IMG/VR virus record: IMGVR_UViG_3300043436_003813
Span: 6,355-70,354 of that record
Source of the DNA: a virus
Direction: 5' to 3' (one strand)
DNA length: 64,000 nt
Every line of letters starts with the position of its first letter. Positions within the stretch are counted from its first letter, which is position 1. Both the position numbers and the translations under genes were made by a program. Of the stretch, positions 1 to 7,858 are shown piece by piece. The notes under the pieces were generated by a model. That model was given only the letters and a program-made list of their open reading frames with translations, ran no database searches and was not told where the DNA came from.

Positions 1-66
1 GGCGACCACAACGACACAATATGCCTCGCGGAGCGGATGACGATCAAGCAGGAGGAACTTTTCTGA
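1..66 (+). CDS. 3' end of a gene truncated by the window edge (GDHNDTICLAERMTIKQEELF*); resembles the C-terminus of a phage family usually annotated as a DNA methyltransferase
   Basis: Frame 1 open to TGA at 64-66; HNDTI motif recalled from that family. Confidence 0.4.
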   Translation, partial: GDHNDTICLAERMTIKQEELF

Positions 67-70
67 TTCT

Positions 71-90
71 GCCCAACAAGGCAAATAACC
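71..90. mobile_element. Possible relic attC half-site (RYYYAAC box)
   Basis: GCCCAAC 4 nt after a stop codon, a context similar to the attC arm at 47013; no partner arm found. Confidence 0.3.
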
Positions 91-117
91 CGTAGCCGCT
101 GAACATCACGCCCGCTA

Positions 118-447
118 ATGCTCGCCCTAAAGCGCATCCCGTGGCGAAAGCGTCGCGCCAAAGCCCAAGAGTGGGCGCGGCTTTCTCACGCTGCCCGCCT
201 CCGCAACAACGCCGAACGCGGACCTAGCAGCCGGGATGCCTACCTCTTGGCGCTTGAGGAATCACGTGGCATGGTGCTGCGTCATGGCGTGACCTATTCC
301 GCCGCGCACCCAGACGGACAACCGTGGGCGATTCTGCGCAGCAAGGTGGGGCGCACGAACCAAGTTGATCTTCATCTAGGAGAAGACATGGCCTTTACTG
401 GCTCGCTTCGCACCCTTGAGCGTGCCATGAGAAGGGCCAAGCTCTAG
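118..447 (+). CDS. Hypothetical protein (basic)
   Basis: 109-aa ORF, 2 nt from the next gene. Confidence 0.6.
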   Translation: MLALKRIPWRKRRAKAQEWARLSHAARLRNNAERGPSSRDAYLLALEESRGMVLRHGVTYSAAHPDGQPWAILRSKVGRTNQVDLHLGEDMAFTGSLRTLERAMRRAKL

Positions 448-449
448 CC

Positions 450-914
450 ATGAATCTCATCCTTCCCCCCACGCGCACCGAACCCATTGACTCGGAGAAG
501 GCCATTCTCTGGCGCTCACGTAGCCCGCAGGCGCGGGGACATGCCCGCAAGTATAGCGTGGAACTCTTGGACATTGCCGCGCGCATGGCTATAGAGAAGA
601 ACACGACGTATGCCGAGCAAAAGACAGGGGTGAGCCGCTGGTCCATCAAGAAGCATCTGGCCCGCAAGCACAGGGACGGCACGCTCCCCATGCGTAGGCG
701 TCCACGCAAGGACGGGGTGGCCCCGTGCTGCCGGCCAAAGTATGACAAGCGCCAGATTGAGGCCATGCTGAAGGCAGCACTGCGGGAGTATGCCGCGAAC
801 CCGTGGAAGACGCTTCCCTCCATTGTCAGGCAGACAGCTAAGGCATACAACTTGCCCGGCGAATACATCTGGTCCCGCGTAATGGCGGGCCATGTCCCAC
901 TTCCCACCATATAA
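450..914 (+). CDS. Hypothetical protein with possible HTH motifs
   Basis: YAEQKTGVSRWSIKKH and RQTAKAYNLPGEYIW segments; followed by a terminator. Confidence 0.6.
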   Translation: MNLILPPTRTEPIDSEKAILWRSRSPQARGHARKYSVELLDIAARMAIEKNTTYAEQKTGVSRWSIKKHLARKHRDGTLPMRRRPRKDGVAPCCRPKYDKRQIEAMLKAALREYAANPWKTLPSIVRQTAKAYNLPGEYIWSRVMAGHVPLPTI

Positions 915-916
915 GG

Positions 917-945
917 AAGGCCAGCCTTTATCGGGCTGGCCTTTT
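917..945. terminator. Intrinsic terminator between convergent genes
   Basis: AAGGCCAGCC-tttatcg-GGCTGGCCTTTT hairpin. Confidence 0.75.
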
Positions 946-956
946 GCTTTGGCTCC

Positions 957-1214
957 TTACGCCGCCTTACGCCACGCAAGGAACCGGGCCTTCACGTCCA
1001 GTGCCCATTCATTTAGCCGTGGCTTCTTCGGCTTCGGCACGTAGGCGTAGGTCTTCCTTGGGTGCTTCGGCCTCCATCCCGTCCCGCGTCTGCGCTTGTT
1101 GTCGCATTGGCGTCGGGACTCACGGTGCTTCTCTGGGTGGCGTTCCCGGTAGGCTTGGCTGTTCTTACGCTGGCGCTCGCGCCTACGCTCGGCCTGTTCT
1201 GGGGTCTCGCTCAT
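957..1214 (-). CDS. Hypothetical Arg/Lys-rich protein
   Basis: ORF from MSETPEQ, preceded by aaacacc and a promoter. Confidence 0.6.
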   Translation of the reverse strand: MSETPEQAERRRERQRKNSQAYRERHPEKHRESRRQCDNKRRRGTGWRPKHPRKTYAYVPKPKKPRLNEWALDVKARFLAWRKAA

Positions 1215-1230
1215 GGTGTTTAGTTCCGCC

Positions 1231-1260
1231 AACGTAGCGAAAACGGGAGCCGTAGCTCAA
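1231..1260 (-). promoter_or_regulatory. Sigma70-like promoter of the CGTTTY family
   Basis: TTGAGC-N18 (containing CGTTTT)-TACGTT. Confidence 0.5.
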
Positions 1261-1462
1261 GGGGATTCTCCGCTCTTACGTGGGGTTCACTCGGTCGTTG
1301 CCCTAGTTCACGGCAGAGGCAGACATGAAAAGCCCCAAGGCGGGTGAGAAAACCTTGGGGGCTCAACAATCTGGATGGACCATCGCGAGCTAACTCGACA
1401 GTCCCACCCATCTAAGGTGGAGATAAGACCACTCGCCTTTTGTCCGCGTCAACAGGTTTCGC

Positions 1463-1921
1463 TCAGTTGTATGGAGTAAATTCACGGGGCATGGCCTCCG
1501 TTGCTCCGGCTGGAAGTTGCCCCACGTTCGTGAATCGCCAGTTGATCTTAGACATCTGCGAGTTATACTCGGCAGCCAAGCTGTTGTAGCTGGCCTTCAC
1601 TCCAAGCATCTCCGTTTGCCACAAACCCACCTGCTCAAAGACATGGCGGGGCATGTCTCGCCCAACATAGCGCCCCTCCGTATTTGCAAGGCGCTGCTCG
1701 TAGAGGGCGATGTCAGCACGCTTCTTATCGAGTTGGGCGCGGGCATCCTTGAACCACTCGTAGCGGCGAAGCAGGGTGCGCGGGTCAATCTGCTCCTCGG
1801 CGGTGGACACCACCTTGCCTGCGTAGTCGGCGGCTTTCCCGCCGACATAGAGCATGGTGCAGCCAACGGGAAGTGCCACGCATCCAGCCAAGACCAAGGC
1901 GAAAACGGCGGCGGTCTTCAC
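1463..1921 (-). CDS. Membrane-anchored or lipoprotein coiled-coil protein (YEWF...YN family seen in phages)
   Basis: Hydrophobic N-terminus with LAGC; RRYEWFKD...SYNSLAAEYNS. Confidence 0.7.
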   Translation of the reverse strand: MKTAAVFALVLAGCVALPVGCTMLYVGGKAADYAGKVVSTAEEQIDPRTLLRRYEWFKDARAQLDKKRADIALYEQRLANTEGRYVGRDMPRHVFEQVGLWQTEMLGVKASYNSLAAEYNSQMSKINWRFTNVGQLPAGATEAMPREFTPYN

Positions 1922-2466
1922 TGAAGCACCTCCAAATTGAGCTTCACGGAACGAACGGGAAGCGGATTATCGGAGACATGGATGATGGCGCTGCTGCCAA
2001 CGAACTGCTGATGATAACGGCCTTGCACGTCCCACCAATAGAGGTATTCGGAGGAATCGCCGTAAGTGCCGTCATCTTGGAGGACTTCGGATGTAAGGCG
2101 GGTAGCGCCGCCGATGTCCACGTCAAAGCCCCTGTCGGAACCTCCGGGGGTATAACCCGCCCAAACTGACTTGGGCGTCAGGCGCTTGCCGCCACTAGTC
2201 ACCTTGCCCCGAACCGTGGAATAGATGAGGACATCACCGGACAGTGGGCTAATGACGTAGAGATGCTTGATGGAACCAGGAAGATTGTCCGTCTTGAGTC
2301 GATCACGGATGTTTCGCTGCTCAATGGTTAGCCCATCGGTGCCGGTTTGGACGACGGTGCTTGCCTTGGTGACGCCGGAGGCAGATTGGGGAGCGACGGG
2401 CTGCGGAAGATCGCAACCAGTGAGGAGTAACGAGGTGGCCAGGGCCGGGAATAGGAAGTGTTTCAT
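1918..2466 (-). CDS. Phage lipoprotein
   Basis: Signal peptide with lipobox LLTGC; KVTS...LTP and DDGTYG motifs; ATGA coupling to the next gene. Confidence 0.75.
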   Translation of the reverse strand: MKHFLFPALATSLLLTGCDLPQPVAPQSASGVTKASTVVQTGTDGLTIEQRNIRDRLKTDNLPGSIKHLYVISPLSGDVLIYSTVRGKVTSGGKRLTPKSVWAGYTPGGSDRGFDVDIGGATRLTSEVLQDDGTYGDSSEYLYWWDVQGRYHQQFVGSSAIIHVSDNPLPVRSVKLNLEVLQ

Positions 2467-2470
2467 GGGT

Positions 2471-2644
2471 TCAGGCGAAGAGTTGGGATGGTGCCGAGAC
2501 TTGAACGCTGCCGACCTTCTTAAGTGATTGGCCGGAGCGGATTTGCTGCCACACAGGAATTAACATAGCCAACAAGAGGCCGATAATTACGATGACGATC
2601 ATGGCTTCAAGAAGCGTGAAGCCCTTTGGTTTATTTTGTTTCAT
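2471..2644 (-). CDS. 57-aa type IV prepilin-like protein (N-terminal cleavage/methylation domain only); not in the ORF track
   Basis: MKQNKPKG|FTLLEAMIVIVIIGLLLAMLIPVWQQIRSG...: class III signal peptide with G-1, F+1, E+5 and a hydrophobic helix. Confidence 0.85.
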   Translation of the reverse strand: MKQNKPKGFTLLEAMIVIVIIGLLLAMLIPVWQQIRSGQSLKKVGSVQVSAPSQLFA

Positions 2645-2666
2645 GGTTTTGTTTTGGACGGAAAGA

Positions 2667-2696
2667 AGTGTAGCAGAAACGGGCGGTGATGCGCAA
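2667..2696 (-). promoter_or_regulatory. Promoter for the pilin/lipoprotein operon
   Basis: TTGCGC-N18 (containing CGTTTC)-TACACT. Confidence 0.55.
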
Positions 2697-2783
2697 GGAA
2701 ATCATGCCGCGTCCCCTGTCGATATGTTTGGCTCCGTGGATGGAGCGGCGATCAGGTCGGGGTGGGCTTAATGCTACGTGTGC

Positions 2784-3197
2784 CTAGGCGAACGGCTCAG
2801 TCCTGCCATATCTAGCGAGGTTATTGAGCGCCGCAATCTCCCGTGCTTGCCCGTCGGCTACGGCACAGGCTTCCTTGTGGAGGCGCTGGGATTCTGCTAG
2901 CTCCTTAGCCTGCTTAAACACGAGAGCAGCCAGCCGCTCCGTTTCTCTGTGGGATTCGGCTAACTGCTCCTCTAGGAGAGAGGCCCTTTCGTTGGCCTCA
3001 TTCATCTCTTGTTGGTGCAGTAACACCATAGCCTTGAACATCTCGTTGCACGCTGTAAATTTGTGCTCTAATTCTCGGGCGTGGTCCCGCATGTCGATAG
3101 CGATGCAAGACAACTCGGGATGGTCGGTGCTGTCCGTCTGGTGCTTAGCCTCTTCCCAAGCAGCGTTCGTCAGTGGTGTGGGCATGGTGTCGTTCAT
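2784..3197 (-). CDS. Hypothetical coiled-coil protein
   Basis: 137-aa ORF, heptad-rich, aaccATG start. Confidence 0.7.
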   Translation of the reverse strand: MNDTMPTPLTNAAWEEAKHQTDSTDHPELSCIAIDMRDHARELEHKFTACNEMFKAMVLLHQQEMNEANERASLLEEQLAESHRETERLAALVFKQAKELAESQRLHKEACAVADGQAREIAALNNLARYGRTEPFA

Positions 3198-3199
3198 GG

Positions 3200-3408
3200 T
3201 TACGGTTCGATGATGGATTGAAAGCCCGCGATCATGGAGGTGATGTATGGATACCGGAGTTCTGGTTTCACCGCGTTTACGGGGTATCCCTGCGCCTCAA
3301 GTAGGGCATAGTTCCCTGCCTCAAGTCTTTTATGGCCGCGATGGCGCGCTCGGATGTGAGGTCGCCGGATGCCACTAGTTCATCCGCGACGGGGGTTGGT
3401 GTGTTCAT
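3200..3408 (-). pseudogene. Small gene with a 1-nt frameshift in an A run (about 3328-3332)
   Basis: MNTPTPVADEL...AAIK continues in the -1 frame as RLEAGNYALLEAQGYPV...IIEP*, stopping 2 nt before the next ATG; span is 209 nt. Confidence 0.5.
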
Positions 3409-3413
3409 GGTTT

Positions 3414-3662
3414 CTATAGCGTGTATTTCCAAGGGTTGTTCTCTCTAAATTCATGGGCTAGTCTAATGAAGACGTTCCTGATCTGTAGGAAGGCTTCGTC
3501 CGCATGTCTGTCTCGAAGTTCTTGCGACCAATCGGGGTGCAGTCTGAGCATTTTCTCATCCTGCTCCTCTATGAGGTGGCGGTATTCGGGTTCCACCGGG
3601 ACTCGCTTGTAGTCCCCGGTGGCGACTATCTCCTCTTGGAGCCGTGAGTAATAGCCGCTCAT
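3414..3662 (-). CDS. Hypothetical protein
   Basis: 82-aa ORF in a tightly packed run. Confidence 0.6.
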   Translation of the reverse strand: MSGYYSRLQEEIVATGDYKRVPVEPEYRHLIEEQDEKMLRLHPDWSQELRDRHADEAFLQIRNVFIRLAHEFRENNPWKYTL

Positions 3663-3681
3663 TTGTAGATTGGTTTCATGG

Positions 3682-3912
3682 TTAGGAATAGATGAGAGTG
3701 CGCTTCTTTTTGGAGGGCGAGAGTTTGTGCCATGCCGAAATTACAGCCCCGGTTTTTCGGCCAATGTTCCGCTTGCTTGGCTCCCCGTCCTTGCGGCAGA
3801 GGAGCGGGCCAAGGTAGTTGTGCCACTCAAAGGTGACGCCACGGTAGCGGTAGATGTTGGGGCAGTTGATGTGTGCCCCGCCTCCGTTGAATGGGATGAA
3901 GTGTCCGGCCAT
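3682..3912 (-). CDS. Hypothetical protein
   Basis: 76-aa ORF; FEWHNYLGPLLCRKDGEP motif typical of small phage proteins. Confidence 0.65.
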   Translation of the reverse strand: MAGHFIPFNGGGAHINCPNIYRYRGVTFEWHNYLGPLLCRKDGEPSKRNIGRKTGAVISAWHKLSPSKKKRTLIYS

Positions 3913-3915
3913 TGG

Positions 3916-4404
3916 CTACGCCTCCAAGAGTTTCGCTGCGATGCCGTATGCCCGCACTTGCCCCGCCCGCTCGCGGCAGATGCCATACTTCTCCTGGATG
4001 AAGGCATTGTCCTTCCCGTCCTTCATGTCCCCAAGCATCTTCACGATCCGGGGCATGTCTCGCCCGAGCCTGCGGTGGCCGATTTGCTTGGGTTGATAGG
4101 GAAAGCGCGGCCCCTTCGGCTTCTCGCCAAGCTGGAGCAGCCGGCGATAGACGTGCTCCGGGCTCTTAAGCCCCATTTCCTTGGCAATAGAGACGCAATC
4201 GTGGCCCTCCCTATGCAGGGATACCATTCGCTGCTTCTTCGCCCCGGAAATGGAAATGTAGGGCACGTTATGGCGGCGCAAGATGGACTCCGCATACGGG
4301 ACCCGCATCCCCACTTCACTTGCTAGCTCGCTTATGAGCCTGACTTCTTGCTTGGCTAGGGCGATGAGAGAAAGGCGGCGTTTGTGTGCGGAAGAATGTT
4401 CCAT
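3916..4404 (-). CDS. Multi-HTH DNA-binding protein
   Basis: ISELASEVGMRVPYAESIL, SIAKEMGLKSPEHVYRRL and IQEKYGICRERAGQV segments. Confidence 0.6.
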   Translation of the reverse strand: MEHSSAHKRRLSLIALAKQEVRLISELASEVGMRVPYAESILRRHNVPYISISGAKKQRMVSLHREGHDCVSIAKEMGLKSPEHVYRRLLQLGEKPKGPRFPYQPKQIGHRRLGRDMPRIVKMLGDMKDGKDNAFIQEKYGICRERAGQVRAYGIAAKLLEA

Positions 4405-4518
4405 AGGTATCTTGTTTGCGGGTGTCTGGGTAGCGACGTTCCGACCGGACGCGCCGCATGGCGTCGTGCCAGTCAATGTCGGTGATGGTGTGGAATAGGG
4501 CGAAGGGGATGGGGCGCT

Positions 4519-4794
4519 TCACGCGGCATACACTTTCAGCTTCTTGAGCCAACCCTCCAGCTTGGCTTCGGCGTCTAGTTCCGTGGCAAAGCAGCGGTCA
4601 TAGAACTTGTTCTCATGGTTGGCGTCCAGCACCAGCACCGTAAAGCACGTGCTCGCCCTGCCACCAACAAGCGATAGCTCAATGAAGTTCTTGCTTTGCC
4701 CCTTGATGATTTCGTTGTTCACCTGCGCGCATATCTCCGTCCATAGGCGGAGGAGGGCGATGCGGTGGCGGGCTTCGTCGTGATCGGGCTTCAT
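4519..4794 (-). CDS. Hypothetical protein
   Basis: 91-aa ORF, ATGA coupling. Confidence 0.6.
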   Translation of the reverse strand: MKPDHDEARHRIALLRLWTEICAQVNNEIIKGQSKNFIELSLVGGRASTCFTVLVLDANHENKFYDRCFATELDAEAKLEGWLKKLKVYAA

Positions 4795-5015
4795 TTGATT
4801 TCCTCCAAGCGGACATCGCCATACTCATTGAGGACCACCCACTGATGGGTGCCAGCGCGAACGAGGGCGGCGGAGCGTTCCTCGCGGCGGAGGTCGGCGT
4901 GGCGGCGGATAACGGTGTCGCGGTGCATGATCTTGGCGTAGTGGCTGTCGGCGCGTAGGCGGAGCGCGAGGTAAGCGCAGATCGCGAGGGCGATGATAAG
5001 GGCGGCGGCGGTCAT
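4791..5015 (-). CDS. Small membrane-anchored protein
   Basis: MTAAALIIALAICAYLAL N-terminal TM; ATGA coupling. Confidence 0.6.
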   Translation of the reverse strand: MTAAALIIALAICAYLALRLRADSHYAKIMHRDTVIRRHADLRREERSAALVRAGTHQWVVLNEYGDVRLEEIK

Positions 5016-5278
5016 TTCGCCTCCTTTGCGAAGTCGGGGTGAAGGGTGGCGAGGACGGCGCGGGCACACTTAGGCCCGCAGGTCTCAGCTGCCCGCTCCA
5101 CCAGCGCCTCACGGCTCGCGGCATCGAAGGGGATGACGAGGACAGGCTCGACTGGATAGAAGCCACCGTAGTAGCGCGCATGACTCAGAGGCGTGGTGAC
5201 ATTATCCTTCCCGCATGTCCACATCTTGCGAGCATTTACCCGCTTGGTGCGCATTGGATTCTTTGATTTGGTTTTCAT
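5012..5278 (-). CDS. Hypothetical protein
   Basis: ORF from MKTKSK, caaccATG start. Confidence 0.55.
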   Translation of the reverse strand: MKTKSKNPMRTKRVNARKMWTCGKDNVTTPLSHARYYGGFYPVEPVLVIPFDAASREALVERAAETCGPKCARAVLATLHPDFAKEAK

Positions 5279-5318
5279 GGTTGAGCCCATACACCCAACC
5301 AGAAAAGCACACGAAACG

Positions 5319-5558
5319 TCAAGCGTCTTTTTCGGTGTAAGCCCAGCCCATCCGCTGCGCCAAGTCCTCACACGCCAGCCCCAGCGCCGTAGGCTTGTCC
5401 CATATCCACGCCTCACCCACCACTAACCCACGGGCAGACATCCACTCCCACGTGAAGTGATTGCTGGCCACTTGGGTCAGGCGCAGTTTCCAGCCTTGCT
5501 TGCTGGCTTGGGCGGTTATGGCTTCGCAGTAGTTTCGTAAGTTAAACGTGGCGTGCAT
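5319..5558 (-). CDS. Hypothetical protein
   Basis: 79-aa ORF overlapping the resolvase stop. Confidence 0.55.
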   Translation of the reverse strand: MHATFNLRNYCEAITAQASKQGWKLRLTQVASNHFTWEWMSARGLVVGEAWIWDKPTALGLACEDLAQRMGWAYTEKDA

Positions 5559-6051
5559 AGTGATAGCTTATAAGCAAACCGTCGGCGTCCCCGTGCTTAC
5601 GGATAGCCTCGGCGTATTGCGGAAAGAGTTGGATGCCGCGCAGCATGGATGCCTTCTTCAATTCCGCGCTACCCTTGACGGCACCGAGCAACGCCTTCTG
5701 CCACTCGCCAGAATCCACCACCTCGTAGCCAATGCCCAAGTCCTCTAGGGTGATAATCGTGGCCTCGTAGAAAGAGCGAGCCGAGAGCATGGCGTTAATC
5801 ATCATGGCCCCACCAGTAAACGGACGCTCCACGTAGGCGCGTGCCTTCACCTCTCCACTCATTGTGTTAATGTCGGCATGGTGAATCAGTAAGTTCCTTA
5901 GCGCACCACGATCAAGACGTTGGCTTATCTTGCCCCTCTTTCCGTAGTGCAGGGTGTCCGTCGTTGGGGTCTCCACGAAGCACACCGCCTGCCCGTCCCG
6001 CATAGCACCTATGGTGCCGGACTGGCCGTTATCTATCCCGATGATTGTCAT
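5542..6051 (-). CDS. RuvC-like Holliday junction resolvase
   Basis: IIGIDNGQSG (catalytic D), AYVERPF (E), WQK..LG, HGDADGLLI (D..D) RNase H-fold motifs. Confidence 0.8.
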   Translation of the reverse strand: MTIIGIDNGQSGTIGAMRDGQAVCFVETPTTDTLHYGKRGKISQRLDRGALRNLLIHHADINTMSGEVKARAYVERPFTGGAMMINAMLSARSFYEATIITLEDLGIGYEVVDSGEWQKALLGAVKGSAELKKASMLRGIQLFPQYAEAIRKHGDADGLLISYHYARHV

Positions 6052-6190
6052 TTCTTTGACCTCTTTACGGCAGCCTTCTTTACGAGCTTGCTGTTCTTCA
6101 CGCGGCCCTGATCCAGCGCGCGCAGTTCTTTGTCTACCAACTCACAGATGCGAGCATAGTAGGCGGTGGCAGAGGCGATGGAGTCTTGGC

Positions 6191-6583
6191 TCAAGCGTCG
6201 CCCTCCTTCGCACTGCCGTTGTCGGCGAGGGCAGCGTCCCATGCGTTTGCTGCTCCGACACCATCCGTCCCATCGAGGCAGAGGTGCCGCAGGGCGTTGC
6301 GCATCTTCTCTCCCACTGCGACCAGCCGCGCGTTGCGGGCCTCAAACTTAAGTGCGTCAAGGCGGTAGCGTTCGGCCTTCTCCTCTTGCTCGGCCACGCG
6401 AGCGCGGAGTGCGTCGCGCTCCTGCAACCCCTCGCGCAACATGGCAGCCTTTGTGCGCTCGTCTAGGGCGACCTGCGCACGCAGCCGCGTTAGCTCCGCA
6501 AGACGACGCCCGGCAAGCGCCGCCCATTCGCTAGTCTTCTCAATCATCGCCGCCTCTAGTTCTTCGTATGTTGGCTTGTTCAT
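6191..6583 (-). CDS. Hypothetical coiled-coil protein
   Basis: MNKPTYEELEA..., heptad pattern. Confidence 0.6.
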   Translation of the reverse strand: MNKPTYEELEAAMIEKTSEWAALAGRRLAELTRLRAQVALDERTKAAMLREGLQERDALRARVAEQEEKAERYRLDALKFEARNARLVAVGEKMRNALRHLCLDGTDGVGAANAWDAALADNGSAKEGDA

Positions 6584-6615
6584 GGTCGCGTGTAAGCTAT
6601 CAGAAACGTGGCGGG

Positions 6616-7011
6616 CTAGGCAAGCCATCCTTCGCGGCGTGCCCACGACATGCCGTAGGGCAGCCCATCGTAGGTGGATTGGCCCTCAATACGCTTGTGG
6701 TTAGCCGACGAAACGGCTAGCCATGTTTCAGTTCTAAGGTAGTTCTTCCCGCGTCTCTCCTTGTGGTGAACCTCCGTGGAAGCCTGCGCTCCACGATTAA
6801 GCAACCAAGCAGCAGGAATCTCCACGCCCATCTTCTTGTAAAGGCCATTCCCCACCTCCGTAAACCCATGCTCCTTGAGCCATACTTGGCACACCGGATG
6901 GGCATCCAAGAAAGCCGTCCGTAGCTTGGAATACGTGGCCATGTCGGCCTTACGCTTCTTGCTCACGGGGTTCAGGCGGGTGCGACGAAGGGGCTTATTT
7001 CGTTTTAGCAT
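6616..7011 (-). CDS. HNH-like nuclease-family protein
   Basis: Basic KRNKPLRRTRL N-terminus; HPVCQV, STEVHHK..RG, WLAVSSANHKRI. Confidence 0.6.
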   Translation of the reverse strand: MLKRNKPLRRTRLNPVSKKRKADMATYSKLRTAFLDAHPVCQVWLKEHGFTEVGNGLYKKMGVEIPAAWLLNRGAQASTEVHHKERRGKNYLRTETWLAVSSANHKRIEGQSTYDGLPYGMSWARREGWLA

Positions 7012-7264
7012 GGGTGTTCTTCTCTTGCTGGGCAAAAGCCTTTATCGCCCAATCGGTAAACTCCTCACGGGCGGCGGTGTAATGGTAGCAGAACTTTCGC
7101 GGCTTCTCGCCACGCCTGAGTGATGGGGCCACCGAAGTTTCCCACCAACGACAGCAGCATCTCGGCTCCCCTAGGTCCACAAGATAGGTCTCCCCGCCCA
7201 CCGTGCGGGACGGAACAAGGAAGCGAAGCGGGCTATCCCCGTGGACTATTCGCTGCTCGTCCAT
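6995..7264 (-). CDS. SWIM zinc-finger-like protein
   Basis: YLVDL...CCCRWW...FCYH (CxC-xn-CxH). Confidence 0.6.
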   Translation of the reverse strand: MDEQRIVHGDSPLRFLVPSRTVGGETYLVDLGEPRCCCRWWETSVAPSLRRGEKPRKFCYHYTAAREEFTDWAIKAFAQQEKNTHAKTK

Positions 7265-7458
7265 ACCACATCGCCGGCAGCGGGCAGTGCGTTGGCATCC
7301 AGATACAGGCGCATGGCCACGTATTTCGCGGCGCCAAACTCCTCCTTGGGGATGCCGTCCACGTTATGCCAGATGAGTCCACCTACGGTGAACTGTGCGT
7401 AGTAGCCGTCACGTGCCTTCACGACACGGACGCGGATGCTGTTGATGGGGGATGGCAT
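7246..7458 (-). CDS. Hypothetical protein
   Basis: 70-aa ORF, taaccATG start. Confidence 0.5.
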   Translation of the reverse strand: MPSPINSIRVRVVKARDGYYAQFTVGGLIWHNVDGIPKEEFGAAKYVAMRLYLDANALPAAGDVVWTSSE

Positions 7459-7460
7459 GG

Positions 7461-7667
7461 TTAGATTTTGAATGGCTTGAGCGCGTTCTTGAATCCATCG
7501 GCGTGCGCCTTAGCGCGGAACTCCATGTGGATATCGTCGCAACCGCCTGTAAGCTGGACCGGATAACCTTCAAACTCGGCGGCTAGGTTCTCTAGCTGCA
7601 CCTCGTTCAAGCGGTAGTCGCGGGCCTTCACCACGATCACGAAAGGGTGTTCAGAGTTCATTGTCAC
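7461..7667 (-). CDS. Hypothetical protein
   Basis: 68-aa ORF. Confidence 0.5.
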   Translation of the reverse strand: MTMNSEHPFVIVVKARDYRLNEVQLENLAAEFEGYPVQLTGGCDDIHMEFRAKAHADGFKNALKPFKI

Positions 7668-7857
7668 AAGGCCAGAGGTCCGGGCGCTTGAGCCAGAAGT
7701 TCTTGTAGCGTTTCTTGAACTCCGCCTCGTAGTGCATTCGGTAGTAGTAGCCCCATCGCTTCCCGCCTCGGCTCACGTAAAGCCTGTATGCCTCAGATTC
7801 CATATCTGGGTTCTCCTCAAGCCAGCGTTCAAAAAAAGTGTAGCTAGTTTGGTTCAT
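7651..7857 (-). CDS. Hypothetical protein
   Basis: ORF from MNQTSY, 1 nt after the nuclease stop. Confidence 0.5.
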   Translation of the reverse strand: MNQTSYTFFERWLEENPDMESEAYRLYVSRGGKRWGYYYRMHYEAEFKKRYKNFWLKRPDLWPCDNEL

Positions 7858-7858
7858 G

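Noticed and set aside
2485-2530. tRNA 3' end (GTTCAAGTCTCGGCACCA on the minus strand)
   Set aside because: The T-stem does not pair and there is no acceptor partner; it lies inside the mini-pilin CDS.
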